The notes under the pieces were generated by a model. It was not told the DNA's origin. It made no database searches and worked only from the letters and a program-made list of their open reading frames with translations. A DNA stretch of 64,000 nt, taken from a virus (lineage: Duplodnaviria > Caudoviricetes). The stretch is taken from the IMG/VR virus record IMGVR_UViG_3300008110_007313; one strand, 5' to 3'. Each line of letters starts with the position of its first letter. Position 1 is the first letter of the stretch. Of the stretch, positions 28,953 through 38,009 are shown one piece after another. The translations under genes and the position numbers were made by a program.

Positions 28953-29262
28953 AGCTAGAACCGCATCCACAGGTGCTTTGTGCCTGTGGATTGTCAATCA
29001 CAAAGCTGGATCCCATGTCCGATTCGTCCCAGCGAATATTGGCATTTTGTAAGTACTGCATGCTCATAGCGTCTACCAACACAGTAACATCGTCGTAGGC
29101 AAAATCAAAATCGTCTTCGTTTTTGGCTTCGTCTAGAGTGAAGCCATATTGGAATCCTGAACACCCACCACCTTGCACAAACACACGTAGTTTTGCATTG
29201 GGGTTGTTCTCTTCTGCCAAGATGTCTTTCAACTTGGTAACGGCACTCGTGTCTAATTTCAT
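28942..29262 (-). CDS. erpA: A-type Fe-S cluster carrier (ErpA/IscA/HesB)
   Basis: [32 protein letters not shown]. Confidence 0.92.
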   Translation of the reverse strand: MKLDTSAVTKLKDILAEENNPNAKLRVFVQGGGCSGFQYGFTLDEAKNEDDFDFAYDDVTVLVDAMSMQYLQNANIRWDESDMGSSFVIDNPQAQSTCGCGSSFSV

Positions 29263-29810
29263 TATAGTCTTTCGTTACAAACGTCCCAGTCAATGATCTT
29301 CCAGATATTGTCTAAGTAACGTTCTTTGTCTGATTGATAATCCAGGGCCCAGGCGTGTTCCCACCAGTCTACTAGCACACAGATGTCGGTGCGCACAGCA
29401 TGATTGGCAATGGTCTTGATATCCCCGCCTGTGCTCAAGTAAACCCAACCTGATCCTTGGATCTTCATTGCGGCCTGTTTGAATTCTTCTTTGAAATCTT
29501 CCCAGGTTTTGAATTTTTCTTCTATCAACGCGAGTACTGCACCACGCGGTCTGTTGGCGCCTTTGGGAGCCCGAAGCTGAGGGAAAAACTTATTGTGTAA
29601 AAAACTGCCAGCACGATTAAAATCCGCATTGCCTTCTCCTGCATTGTAGCGTTTGGCATAGCCCTTGGCCAAATGCTCAAAATGATAGTCTATGGTTTCC
29701 TTGCTCATTACGGGTTCAAGATCTTTGACACCATAAGGTAAAGGGGTAGTTTCCAGTTTTGCCGGACGAGTGCTTGCTTCTACAAGATTGATGTGGTCAC
29801 GTAGTTCCAT
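29262..29810 (-). CDS. sodA: Fe/Mn superoxide dismutase, Mn-type signature
   Basis: [34 protein letters not shown]; extra N-terminal [12 protein letters not shown]. Confidence 0.88.
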   Translation of the reverse strand: MELRDHINLVEASTRPAKLETTPLPYGVKDLEPVMSKETIDYHFEHLAKGYAKRYNAGEGNADFNRAGSFLHNKFFPQLRAPKGANRPRGAVLALIEEKFKTWEDFKEEFKQAAMKIQGSGWVYLSTGGDIKTIANHAVRTDICVLVDWWEHAWALDYQSDKERYLDNIWKIIDWDVCNERL

Positions 29811-29817
29811 GTTGTAT

Positions 29818-30036
29818 TTATTTGCGACGGGTGATACGCCCTTTGGTAAGATCGTAGGGTGAGAATTCCATTTCTACTCGATCTCCCAACAACACCTTGA
29901 TGTTGTTCTTACGCATACGCCCAGATAAGTGAGCTACAACCAAGTTTGGTAAATTGTCTAATTTGATGCGGAACATGGCGGCGGGCAGAACTTCTTCTAC
30001 TCGACCTTCCATGTTAATAATATCTTCTTTTGCCAT
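29818..30036 (-). CDS. infA: Translation initiation factor IF-1
   Basis: MAKEDII..G.V.E.LP..F..KL....[34 protein letters not shown]. Confidence 0.95.
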   Translation of the reverse strand: MAKEDIINMEGRVEEVLPAAMFRIKLDNLPNLVVAHLSGRMRKNNIKVLLGDRVEMEFSPYDLTKGRITRRK

Positions 30037-30046
30037 AAGCAATTAC

Positions 30047-30448
30047 TTATTTGAACACCAATTCTGCTGTGATCTTCTTTAACCGATCCATACGGAAACT
30101 GCGCCAGGATTGTGCTTCTAAATCAAACACTTTGATCACAGCAGGATCAGTTTCCTTGCGGGGTTTTTTGGACTCTAGAACAATGCCATCCACGGGACCC
30201 GGTGTGGGCTTTTGTGGCTGTGGCGGAATCAAGTCCCAGTTCAAAGTGCATCGCATGTCACGATCTGTGCCATCTGCTTTGGTAAATTGTACTGTGATTT
30301 CTTGCTTGTTTAGCAAACTTGTAACCCAGTCACGCATGATGGTCTTGTTGACGTCATCTGCTTCTTGGTACTGTGTGCCTGGTACTCCTTTGAGCAAGCG
30401 CACAACTTCTTGTTTTTCCCACATATCGGCATTCATAATTTCATCCAT
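30047..30448 (-). CDS. WYL/SH3-like protein of T4-type phages
   Basis: VQFTKADGTDRDMRCTL..VFDLE..WRSFRMD; start adjusted. Confidence 0.6.
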   Translation of the reverse strand: MDEIMNADMWEKQEVVRLLKGVPGTQYQEADDVNKTIMRDWVTSLLNKQEITVQFTKADGTDRDMRCTLNWDLIPPQPQKPTPGPVDGIVLESKKPRKETDPAVIKVFDLEAQSWRSFRMDRLKKITAELVFK

Positions 30449-30483
30449 AATAATTTCTCTGTTGGTTAATAAACGTTTCTTGA

Positions 30484-30750
30484 TCACGGAAAAGTCAACT
30501 TAAACACCGACAAGTCTTGCTGATCAGCAAAGTAAACTTGATACTTGTCAAAGTTGGCAAGGTCCGTAAAGTTGCTGTTGCGACCTGCCCAGGCCATGGT
30601 CCATCGTCCTTCAGGATTGTCTAGCGGATGCCACGGATGTCCAAACTGTTTCTCCAACCACTGAGATGCCGGCACTCGCTTGGGCATGTCAATAAGGGTT
30701 TCGTGTTCCAGATTTCTTTCGGGACTGAGATATGATAAATGTCGACTCAT
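30484..30750 (-). CDS. Hypothetical protein
   Basis: ORF ending in FADQQDLSVFKLTF. Confidence 0.55.
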   Translation of the reverse strand: MSRHLSYLSPERNLEHETLIDMPKRVPASQWLEKQFGHPWHPLDNPEGRWTMAWAGRNSNFTDLANFDKYQVYFADQQDLSVFKLTFP

Positions 30751-30777
30751 GAGTAGGCCTTTCTGTTATAGGGAGAG

Positions 30778-31170
30778 TTAACCACGACGCATGCGGGAGA
30801 TTTCCACGGCCTCTTCATCGCTGAACACAGGCACAGCATTTGACTTGTGCATGGTAGCAATGCCCTTGACCTTGGTGCCAGTATAGACCTCGTGTACAGA
30901 TGCGGTTGAGGAACCTGGGGTCACAAGGCTAGGAATGTTGTGTGTGTTGCTACGACCAACAGGAGTGCTTAATTTGTAAGTCAACGGTTCTGCCGCAAGC
31001 GCACGTTGGCGGCGCTTCTCGTCAGCATCTAATTCCCACTTGGTCTGCATCTCTTTCCATGACGCATCGAGCTCACGTGCCTTACGTGCTTCTTCTGCGT
31101 TGCGAAACTTCTGTTTACCTTTTTTCTTACCGCCCATGGTCAAGGCAGGGTGTGCAAGATGCATAGTCAT
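30778..31170 (-). CDS. Hypothetical protein of T4-like phages
   Basis: YTGTKVKGIATMHKSNAVPV motif. Confidence 0.7.
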   Translation of the reverse strand: MTMHLAHPALTMGGKKKGKQKFRNAEEARKARELDASWKEMQTKWELDADEKRRQRALAAEPLTYKLSTPVGRSNTHNIPSLVTPGSSTASVHEVYTGTKVKGIATMHKSNAVPVFSDEEAVEISRMRRG

Positions 31171-31337
31171 GATTTAGTCCTCAGTTCTCGACATTGTTTA
31201 CGTACCTTGGCAGGGAAGTCGGGGCTAATCTCCGCCAGTTCACAATTATAACGCATCTCGGTATTTCCGGTCAAGCCAACGTAGGTCAGTCCCAAAGCAG
31301 CCAATCCGCAGATTACGGCAATTACAATAGATGTCAT
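31167..31337 (-). CDS. Small membrane protein
   Basis: N-terminal TM helix, YNCELAEISPDFP. Confidence 0.55.
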   Translation of the reverse strand: MTSIVIAVICGLAALGLTYVGLTGNTEMRYNCELAEISPDFPAKVRKQCRELRTKS

Positions 31338-31567
31338 TGCTTTAGTTCTTCCCACATGTATTCATCATCGGGCATGTGGGCTACAGATTTGAGCCAACCT
31401 TGATCAATACAGGCAGCAATAATCTGTTTGTATTGTGCAGGACACTTGTCAGTGAGTTCGATACTGGCCCGAGGTACAAGCATGATACCATCGGGCGAAA
31501 AATAAGAGTGTTTTTCGCCCGCATAGATCTTGCGCCAAGGCTTAGAGTTTGTGTTGAATGTGGCCAT
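31334..31567 (-). CDS. Hypothetical protein
   Basis: ORF coupled to both neighbours. Confidence 0.55.
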   Translation of the reverse strand: MATFNTNSKPWRKIYAGEKHSYFSPDGIMLVPRASIELTDKCPAQYKQIIAACIDQGWLKSVAHMPDDEYMWEELKQ

Positions 31568-31568
31568 A

Positions 31569-31961
31569 TCAATAAAACAAAGGTTCTACGGTGCGCTCAT
31601 TTTTCAGCGCCATCATGATTTCGTCTTGCTCAGAATACACCAAGTCCGAAAATTCTAAATGTAAACGACGTTGGGCATCAGTCATCTTGAGCCAGGCACG
31701 GATCTGAGCTCGACTACCCCAGGCTTCTGCTGGCATGCAGTTGATCATCCACTTGGTAAGATTTTTCAAAGCTTCCACTGTGTTGGCAGGATGACTATGA
31801 AGGATAGCTGTGGCTTCATTGGCATACCAGGCCATGAAAAACCCACCAGGCTCCCAACCATGAGTCAGATAGTTGTACATGGGGTCAGCAAAATCCTTGT
31901 CCACTTGCCAGTGGTGCAAGGATTTCATGAGCCGGTTTTGACTGTATTTTGTTAGTTCCAT
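31569..31961 (-). CDS. Hypothetical protein
   Basis: Start moved to MELTKY, 7 nt after the -10 box; GWEPGGF..EAWGS. Confidence 0.6.
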   Translation of the reverse strand: MELTKYSQNRLMKSLHHWQVDKDFADPMYNYLTHGWEPGGFFMAWYANEATAILHSHPANTVEALKNLTKWMINCMPAEAWGSRAQIRAWLKMTDAQRRLHLEFSDLVYSEQDEIMMALKNERTVEPLFY

Positions 31962-32007
31962 GCTGTTATTATAGCACAGACGCAATTTTGAGTCAATATA
32001 ATACTTT

Positions 32008-32304
32008 TTACTTAAACAGAATCAATGCCATCAGCACAGCCTGCACAATAAAACCAACGCCAATTGTGACAATGTTTAGCACATCCTTGAGTACCACAGC
32101 TCGTAGGAACATCAAGACTAGGCCAGTCCAAGCAAATAGCACAATGTCCAAGTTAGGTGTGCGATCTGAAAGTCCAGTCATCAAGGCCAACAGTGTGGGA
32201 ATGGTTGCGGCATGCACAACAATGGCTGCCAACCATCCTAGAGTTTCTGCAGAGATTTTGGTCAAAGTTGTGGAAAGAAATGTGCGTACTGATTCGATGT
32301 TCAT
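32008..32304 (-). CDS. Three-TM membrane protein
   Basis: Three hydrophobic segments; ATGA-coupled to the hydrolase gene. Confidence 0.65.
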   Translation of the reverse strand: MNIESVRTFLSTTLTKISAETLGWLAAIVVHAATIPTLLALMTGLSDRTPNLDIVLFAWTGLVLMFLRAVVLKDVLNIVTIGVGFIVQAVLMALILFK

Positions 32305-32879
32305 GTGCGATCTCCGTAGAAAATATGACGTCCAATTTTTTCAATTCGGGGCAGTTTCCAGCCCGGGCTAACATAGTCAGCGTGATAGAAAAGAGCATGC
32401 TTTAAACTGGGCAGTCGGAATCCCTCCAACAGCACCTTCTTGGCTACTTCTTCGCTTTCACGCCACAGGGGCGGATGTACCGCTTTCACTTTGTGGTTGC
32501 CTTCGCAATACCACGAAAATTGACATACTACTTTTTCGTAGAATATGTTCTTTTGATAAATCACGCCACAAACACCTGTACCAAAGCGGCCAGATTCCAC
32601 GCGGTTCATAGTAACTTGGGCAACAGCCACTTTGCCTTCAAAAGGCTCACTTGCGGCTTCCCAGTAGATGTTGCGAGTCAGGCACTCCAATTGCTTGGTG
32701 CGCTCTGCGGCTGTAACATAGCCCTCGGGCATGCCAGCTCTTGTTTCGCGTAGACTGTCAAGGCGTGTATTACAAACTGCTATCACACATCCGATCACAG
32801 CAACAAAGCCCAAAGTTTTGAGACTCCGCGACAGCCACGACGTCAAGTCGATTTTGTTTAAGGTTAGGTTTGTTTCCAT
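32301..32879 (-). CDS. Cell wall hydrolase, SleB/Hydrolase_2 family
   Basis: CLTRNIYWEA..EGKVAVAQVTMNRV..CQFSW..LFYHADYV.PGW..IGRHIFY; N-terminal TM. Confidence 0.92.
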   Translation of the reverse strand: METNLTLNKIDLTSWLSRSLKTLGFVAVIGCVIAVCNTRLDSLRETRAGMPEGYVTAAERTKQLECLTRNIYWEAASEPFEGKVAVAQVTMNRVESGRFGTGVCGVIYQKNIFYEKVVCQFSWYCEGNHKVKAVHPPLWRESEEVAKKVLLEGFRLPSLKHALFYHADYVSPGWKLPRIEKIGRHIFYGDRT

Positions 32880-32975
32880 AGGCGTTTACTTACTCAGTTG
32901 GATTGAATTTCCTGTAAAGACCGGGCCAAAATGAAGCATTTTTGCCATTAAGTGGGCAGTTATCCCACTTAATGT

Positions 32976-33004
32976 ATTATAAAACAAATGAGGTTATTTG
33001 TCAA
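32976..33004 (-). promoter_or_regulatory. Consensus sigma70 promoter for the SleB-like gene
   Basis: TTGACA-17-TATAAT. Confidence 0.85.
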
Positions 33005-33809
33005 CTCTGCACACAGGAATCGGTTCCATCTTGTGCAAGTTTCGGGCACGGATAGCACGATAAGTTTTGAGTTGTGCTCGTTCTTCTTTGCTCATTTGGA
33101 TTGGCAATGTGTTGTACACACACTCTCGATCCAGACGATCGTTGGTCATGGCACGTTCTAAATCTGGGTAGCTCATGCCCAATTGATCTTCGTCTGTGCG
33201 ACCATCTGTCCATAGGCCATCTGTGGGTGCAGCATCAATGATCTCTTGTGGCAAGCCAAATTCTCTGCCCATGTCCCAGACTTCAGTTTTCATACAGTCA
33301 CCGATGGGGCTGATGTCCACGCCACCGTCACCATATTTGGTAAAGAACCCCACACCAAAGTCTTCTACCTTGTTGCCTGTGCCCACAACAATACCACCAT
33401 GACTTTGTGCAATTTGGTACAAGGTCATCATACGCAAACGAGCACGTGAGTTAGCAAAAGCCAAATCAGTTTGCGATACATTACCAGATTCTGGATAACA
33501 GTAAGGATCCACTTTCTTTTCAAATGCAGAAAACACAGGAGTCAAGTCCATGCTCATGTGTGTGACATTTTCTCGGTAGCGTTCCAGCAACCAAGTTGCC
33601 TGCATTGAACTGCGATTGTCCAAGGTCTTGGACTGACGAATTGGCATCTGTACCACAATGGTTTTAAGCCCAGTTTCGGCGCACAAGGCACTTACAACCG
33701 AACTGTCGATACCGCCCGAAATGCCCACTACAAGAGTTGAAATCTTGTTTTTGGTAGCATACGATCGGATCCATTTTGTGATATGTTTGATTCTTTGTTT
33801 TGATGTCAT
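32994..33809 (-). CDS. nadE: NH3-dependent NAD+ synthetase
   Basis: GISGGIDSS, NSRARLRM..LY, VGTGNKVE, GFFTKYGDG, PTDGLW. Confidence 0.95.
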   Translation of the reverse strand: MTSKQRIKHITKWIRSYATKNKISTLVVGISGGIDSSVVSALCAETGLKTIVVQMPIRQSKTLDNRSSMQATWLLERYRENVTHMSMDLTPVFSAFEKKVDPYCYPESGNVSQTDLAFANSRARLRMMTLYQIAQSHGGIVVGTGNKVEDFGVGFFTKYGDGGVDISPIGDCMKTEVWDMGREFGLPQEIIDAAPTDGLWTDGRTDEDQLGMSYPDLERAMTNDRLDRECVYNTLPIQMSKEERAQLKTYRAIRARNLHKMEPIPVCRVDK

Positions 33810-34288
33810 AATTTTATATCAGGTTTGGGCATTGATTTGAGTTTGTTCCACATTTCGGCTTTTTCTTTGCACTTCTTTTCCAGTTTGCGATAACGATCAC
33901 CCAGTTTCTTCAAGTCGTCCCATTCCTTTTCAAGTTCAGGATTTGGAGTCAGCATGTTGAGTCGATCTTCTAGTGCTTCAAGAGTCTTCATCAAGCTCTT
34001 GCCATTGATATCAATGTCAGCGTTGGCACCTCGTAAACTAAGCGTGCCTGATTGATTTAGATCCGCGGCACTGGTACCATTCCACCCTGTTGTGGTGTTT
34101 GTGGTCCACATGGTGTTTGAACCGGCAGCGCCGATTGTTATAGCTGGTCCAGCTGATAGAGGCGATATAGTATAAGCCGGGCTGGCCATTGTGATACTGC
34201 TACTGAGATCTATTGTTTGGTAATTGTAATCTTGTGAAGAGATTGCGTCTTCTAAGTTTGAGAAGGAAATGTCTTTTGAATCAGCCAT
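33806..34288 (-). CDS. Hypothetical protein
   Basis: S/T-rich N-terminus, C-terminal coiled coil; start adjusted. Confidence 0.55.
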   Translation of the reverse strand: MADSKDISFSNLEDAISSQDYNYQTIDLSSSITMASPAYTISPLSAGPAITIGAAGSNTMWTTNTTTGWNGTSAADLNQSGTLSLRGANADIDINGKSLMKTLEALEDRLNMLTPNPELEKEWDDLKKLGDRYRKLEKKCKEKAEMWNKLKSMPKPDIKL

Positions 34289-34425
34289 GAGCCGTCCTTG
34301 TTGTCTATCCACTCAAGTGTGTCGCCTTCTTGCCAACCAAGCTCGGCGCACAACTCGATACCCAGGTCCAGCACAAGTTCGCTGGTATCTGGGTCTTCAA
34401 CTACGTTCACAATCTTTGAGGTCAT
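34252..34425 (-). CDS. AbrB/MazE-like DNA-binding protein
   Basis: ELVLDL..ELCAELGWQEGDTLEW. Confidence 0.65.
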   Translation of the reverse strand: MTSKIVNVVEDPDTSELVLDLGIELCAELGWQEGDTLEWIDNKDGSWLIQKTFPSQT

Positions 34426-34548
34426 TGGGTTGCTGGCACCGATACCAGACAGCAAGTCGAGCTATCTTCTCTTTTATAAGTTGCTCTCTTTGTTCTGGAG
34501 TCAGCACAACGGGCCATTCAGTTTGGTGTAGTTGACTTTCTTTTACAA

Positions 34549-34740
34549 TCATTTTGCGGCTGTCGCCAATGCTTCTTTTTCTGCTGTGATTTCCTTGCGG
34601 CGTTCCTTGATACCTTTGCTCATTTCTTGCAGGGCCTTGCGAGCACGAGCAGCCGCGGCCTTAACACCCTTGGATGTAAACTTTTCATTTTCCGCAATGT
34701 ATGTTTCGTAAGCGGCGACGATTTGTTCATGTTGTGTCAT
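34549..34740 (-). CDS. Histone H1-like (Hc1-family) protein
   Basis: KGVKAAAARARKALQEM.K..KERRKEI; SD AAGGA; consensus promoter. Confidence 0.65.
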   Translation of the reverse strand: MTQHEQIVAAYETYIAENEKFTSKGVKAAAARARKALQEMSKGIKERRKEITAEKEALATAAK

Positions 34741-34822
34741 GATGGTTTCCTTTATAAATGACAAAAATAATTATACACAGTCGTGTTGCGACTGTCAATA
34801 AATGTGGTAATGTTGACTCCTG

Positions 34823-35071
34823 TTAGTTCAGGTAAATGTGTCGACGATTCCAGGTATCCCAGACTGTGGTATTGGCCATGCTGTATGTCCAAGACACGCA
34901 AAATTTATGAAATGCTGTTTGGTCATGCAACATCATTCGATTGCCAGTGATGTGAACATGGTCCACACGGTTCTCTTTAACCCAAGTTTTGAACAGTATT
35001 TCGGCTTGATCGCTGTTGCGCACAATCACAATATACAGCGGCTCCGCTGTACGATAAGTTGGTATGGTCAT
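34823..35071 (-). CDS. Hypothetical protein
   Basis: ORF downstream of TAAATA 35114-35119. Confidence 0.55.
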   Translation of the reverse strand: MTIPTYRTAEPLYIVIVRNSDQAEILFKTWVKENRVDHVHITGNRMMLHDQTAFHKFCVSWTYSMANTTVWDTWNRRHIYLN

Positions 35072-35147
35072 GAATAAGACAAGGCCGAATTTGGCACTTC
35101 TTGGTTGGCCTTGTATTTACACCTTTAGCAACAAAACGGCCAAAAAG

Positions 35148-35171
35148 AAAAGCGGCCTCTAGGCCGCTTTT
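35148..35171. terminator. Intrinsic terminator, possibly bidirectional
   Basis: aaaagcggcc-tcta-ggccgctttt. Confidence 0.8.
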
Positions 35172-35192
35172 GGCACTGCTCAAGTCAGTGAC

Positions 35193-35570
35193 TTACATGG
35201 GGGCGTCTTCTACAGCGGCCAGGATGTCACTGGCAGTGACGTTCTTGGTAGGCTTCTTAGCAGGAGCCTTGGTAGCCTTGGTGGCCTTGACACGGACTTC
35301 ACCTTTCTTGGCAATCTTGGCCTTCTCAGCCAGTTTGTTAGCCACAGCAAAGCCAGCATCACCTTCGGTGATACCTTGTTCAGTGAGATACTGGAGAGCC
35401 TCCAGCTTGGTCATCTCGCGGGGCAGTTCAACCAGGTTGATGTCAGTGCATCCGGCCTTGTTGAGGATCTTGACACGAGCCACCAGGTCGTTAGCAAAAC
35501 GGGCCTTGACGGTGCCGTCAGCGTTCTTGGCTGTACCAGCCACGGTAAAAGTTTTTTCAGTTGCGGACAT
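35193..35570 (-). CDS. Hypothetical basic protein with K/A-rich tail
   Basis: Own promoter, SD and terminator. Confidence 0.7.
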   Translation of the reverse strand: MSATEKTFTVAGTAKNADGTVKARFANDLVARVKILNKAGCTDINLVELPREMTKLEALQYLTEQGITEGDAGFAVANKLAEKAKIAKKGEVRVKATKATKAPAKKPTKNVTASDILAAVEDAPM

Positions 35571-35701
35571 AATGTTGCCTTTCAAAGTTGCCTATTAAGT
35601 TAAAATTCATGTTGCTTTTTACACAACATATCAATATTATAGCAAAAGAGCATTTATTGGTCAAGCCTTTTTTGCAATAATTTTGATTCTTTTTGCCCAA
35701 A

Positions 35702-35830
35702 TTACTGGGCCAATTCTTTGCTGGTTTGTTGAATGGTTTCAACGCCACGGTCCAGCATGCGGGCAATACCACCAAAGCCCACACTTGCCACTACCAAACC
35801 AAGCACAAATCCGATTACCAAGTTGCGCAT
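35702..35830 (-). CDS. Small membrane protein
   Basis: MRNLVIGFVLGLVVA; TAATG overlap with upstream stop. Confidence 0.6.
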   Translation of the reverse strand: MRNLVIGFVLGLVVASVGFGGIARMLDRGVETIQQTSKELAQ

Positions 35831-36600
35831 TAGATCACCTTTACGCGGTTGAGTTGAGTCTTGCCGTCGCGGTGTGCCTTGACGGTGCCTTTGATCTGGA
35901 TCCAAGATCCAGTTGCTAATTTAGATCGATAGCTGAAGAACACAGCTTGATTGTCTTGAGTGATTGCAGTAACCCAAAAAATACCATAGGTCTGACTGTA
36001 GTTGGCACTGACAATCTCTACGTCAAATTCAACTTTGCTGTCCACTGCGCCCACATAGCCGCCTGCAGCCTGGCGCACCCGGCTTTGAGTCTCTTGGCGA
36101 GCTATAGCACGTTCCTGACTGGCTGGCAAGCATGCAACCAGGGCCAATTCCAACCGGTGAACGGCAGTGTTGAATTCTTCATTTACTGCCAGAGTCTTGG
36201 CCACGTTGAGATCAAACTCAGTGAGCTGGCTTTTGAGCCCACGAAGGGTCAAGTCTTGTTGAAGGAATTTACGGCACTCCTGACCTTGTGCAATATCTTC
36301 TACGGTGAGAAGAGCAGGGTTGGCAAGAATGTCTGCCATGATGTCACGATTGCGAAGTTTTGCAACCACGGTGGTGTTGGTGTTCTCGTCCACTCGGTAT
36401 TCAGTTGCTTTGACATAACTACCATTGATGCGTTGAGCCGCACATGCCGCACCCCACACATTGTCTACAGAGTGAACGACACCTGCAGGTTTGGCACGGG
36501 GCTTCCACGTCGAACGTGGAGTTTCATAGTCGTCATCCATCTGACCCAGGCGTTTAATTTCCTGTGATGTCATGTTACTTACGTCTACAAATCCTGGCAT
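35830..36600 (-). CDS. Hypothetical protein with C-terminal OB-fold-like domain
   Basis: IQIKGTVKAH..TQLNRVK; SD AAGGAG; start adjusted. Confidence 0.6.
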   Translation of the reverse strand: MPGFVDVSNMTSQEIKRLGQMDDDYETPRSTWKPRAKPAGVVHSVDNVWGAACAAQRINGSYVKATEYRVDENTNTTVVAKLRNRDIMADILANPALLTVEDIAQGQECRKFLQQDLTLRGLKSQLTEFDLNVAKTLAVNEEFNTAVHRLELALVACLPASQERAIARQETQSRVRQAAGGYVGAVDSKVEFDVEIVSANYSQTYGIFWVTAITQDNQAVFFSYRSKLATGSWIQIKGTVKAHRDGKTQLNRVKVI

Positions 36601-36648
36601 GTTTGGCTCCTTGTTTCTTAATATGCTTATATTATAGCAAATCGGCAA

Positions 36649-37125
36649 TTAAAGGTCAACCGTTTCCCACGTTTTGATTTCTTCTTCAATCAGTTCGTCT
36701 GCAAATGCTTCGCTCAACGGAACCAATTGGCCGCTCAGTGTGTCTGAACCGTAGTTGTTGCCCACGTACCACACACCGTCCCGCATGATATAGTAGTACT
36801 CGGCTCCACAGCCATCAACTCGCTTCATAAAGTCTTCGAATGTGTGATCTACTGCAAACCCACAACCATTTTCCTTACGATCACGACCGTAAAAAGTAGT
36901 GATGCCTTTGACAGGGTTGTCAAATGTGTGGCGGACACCTTCGGGAATCTCAACGTTTCGATCCAAGCTACTGATATCACCCAAGGCTACCAAGTGATTG
37001 GCCTTGGCACTGTCATAGTGCTCCAGCAAGATCCGGCCGTTATAGTCCAGATAGCCATCCCATTGACAGTAGATTGACTTGCAGACGTCGCCATGCATCA
37101 CACCAATTCTTGAACGTGTACCCAT
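36649..37125 (-). CDS. Hypothetical phage protein
   Basis: MGTRSRIG..IYCQWDGY..NGRILLEHY..EYYY. Confidence 0.7.
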   Translation of the reverse strand: MGTRSRIGVMHGDVCKSIYCQWDGYLDYNGRILLEHYDSAKANHLVALGDISSLDRNVEIPEGVRHTFDNPVKGITTFYGRDRKENGCGFAVDHTFEDFMKRVDGCGAEYYYIMRDGVWYVGNNYGSDTLSGQLVPLSEAFADELIEEEIKTWETVDL

Positions 37126-37126
37126 T

Positions 37127-37324
37127 TTAAGCTACCTCTTTCTGTTGCAACCAAAAATATTCATTGATCAAATCTGCAGGGAAATCCTCATGGTACCAAA
37201 AATAGTACTTGGCAGATTTTAAACCTTGTGCTTTTTTTACAACCTCAAAACCCAGTGCAAGAATGTCATTCTCTGCTGTGAGCTTGGGGTTGACTGCAAA
37301 TACATCTTGTGCAAAACTTGACAT
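37127..37324 (-). CDS. Hypothetical early protein
   Basis: Follows a promoter cassette and SD. Confidence 0.6.
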   Translation of the reverse strand: MSSFAQDVFAVNPKLTAENDILALGFEVVKKAQGLKSAKYYFWYHEDFPADLINEYFWLQQKEVA

Positions 37325-37387
37325 CTTTTTTCCTTTTTTCTTACTATACAAGTATTATAGCAAATCGGGAATATTTGGTCAACCTTT

Positions 37388-37645
37388 TTAGTCTAGCACG
37401 TAAAACGGCTGATCGTCGATGCCCAGAGCATCGTACACCATCTCGCGAACAGCCGTGTCCATGGCTTCACCAAACGCATCATGTTCTGCCAACTTACGCA
37501 GAGCTTGAAGAGTCTGTGCCCAGGTCAAATTGTGAACTCGGGCGGCAATAACAATACCTTGCACGGCGTGGTTGCCTGTGTCACTGAACATGCCATAATC
37601 GGGCACCACGTTGCCAGTCAAGTTGTATTCAATTTCGATGTTCAT
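37388..37645 (-). CDS. Hypothetical early protein
   Basis: SD AAGGA; start adjusted. Confidence 0.6.
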   Translation of the reverse strand: MNIEIEYNLTGNVVPDYGMFSDTGNHAVQGIVIAARVHNLTWAQTLQALRKLAEHDAFGEAMDTAVREMVYDALGIDDQPFYVLD

Positions 37646-37667
37646 GTTGGTTCCTTGAACAATAAAA

Positions 37668-37943
37668 TTAACCAAATTCGTACATGTACTGGGCCACTGA
37701 AGGATCCAGTTTCACAAGATCTCGAGCGGCCGCTGTGAGCTCACGATAACGACGGTTGACTTCTGCACGGGGCAATTCGCCATCACAGCTGAGATTTTCA
37801 GGGCTCAGATCACAGTCAATCATCTCAGCCACACGTTTACGGCCTGCGGCAGTTTGAACTTCGTACAAGGGTTCTGTACGCTGACCCCGGAACAAGGCTT
37901 GGTATTTGTTCTTGTTGTCGATAAATGTGGTAAGTGCTCGCAT
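37668..37943 (-). CDS. Hypothetical early protein
   Basis: Follows a cassette; LSPENLSCDGE motif. Confidence 0.65.
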   Translation of the reverse strand: MRALTTFIDNKNKYQALFRGQRTEPLYEVQTAAGRKRVAEMIDCDLSPENLSCDGELPRAEVNRRYRELTAAARDLVKLDPSVAQYMYEFG

Positions 37944-37949
37944 CGCTAA

Positions 37950-38009
37950 CTCCTTTTTAATTACTATACAAGTATTATAACAAATTGGAAATTTTTGGTC
38001 AACCGTTTT
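37950..38009 (-). repeat. 60-bp promoter+RBS cassette, copy 1
   Basis: Near-identical to 38293-38352 and 56870-56929; TTGACC-17-TATAAT..AAGGAG. Confidence 0.9.
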
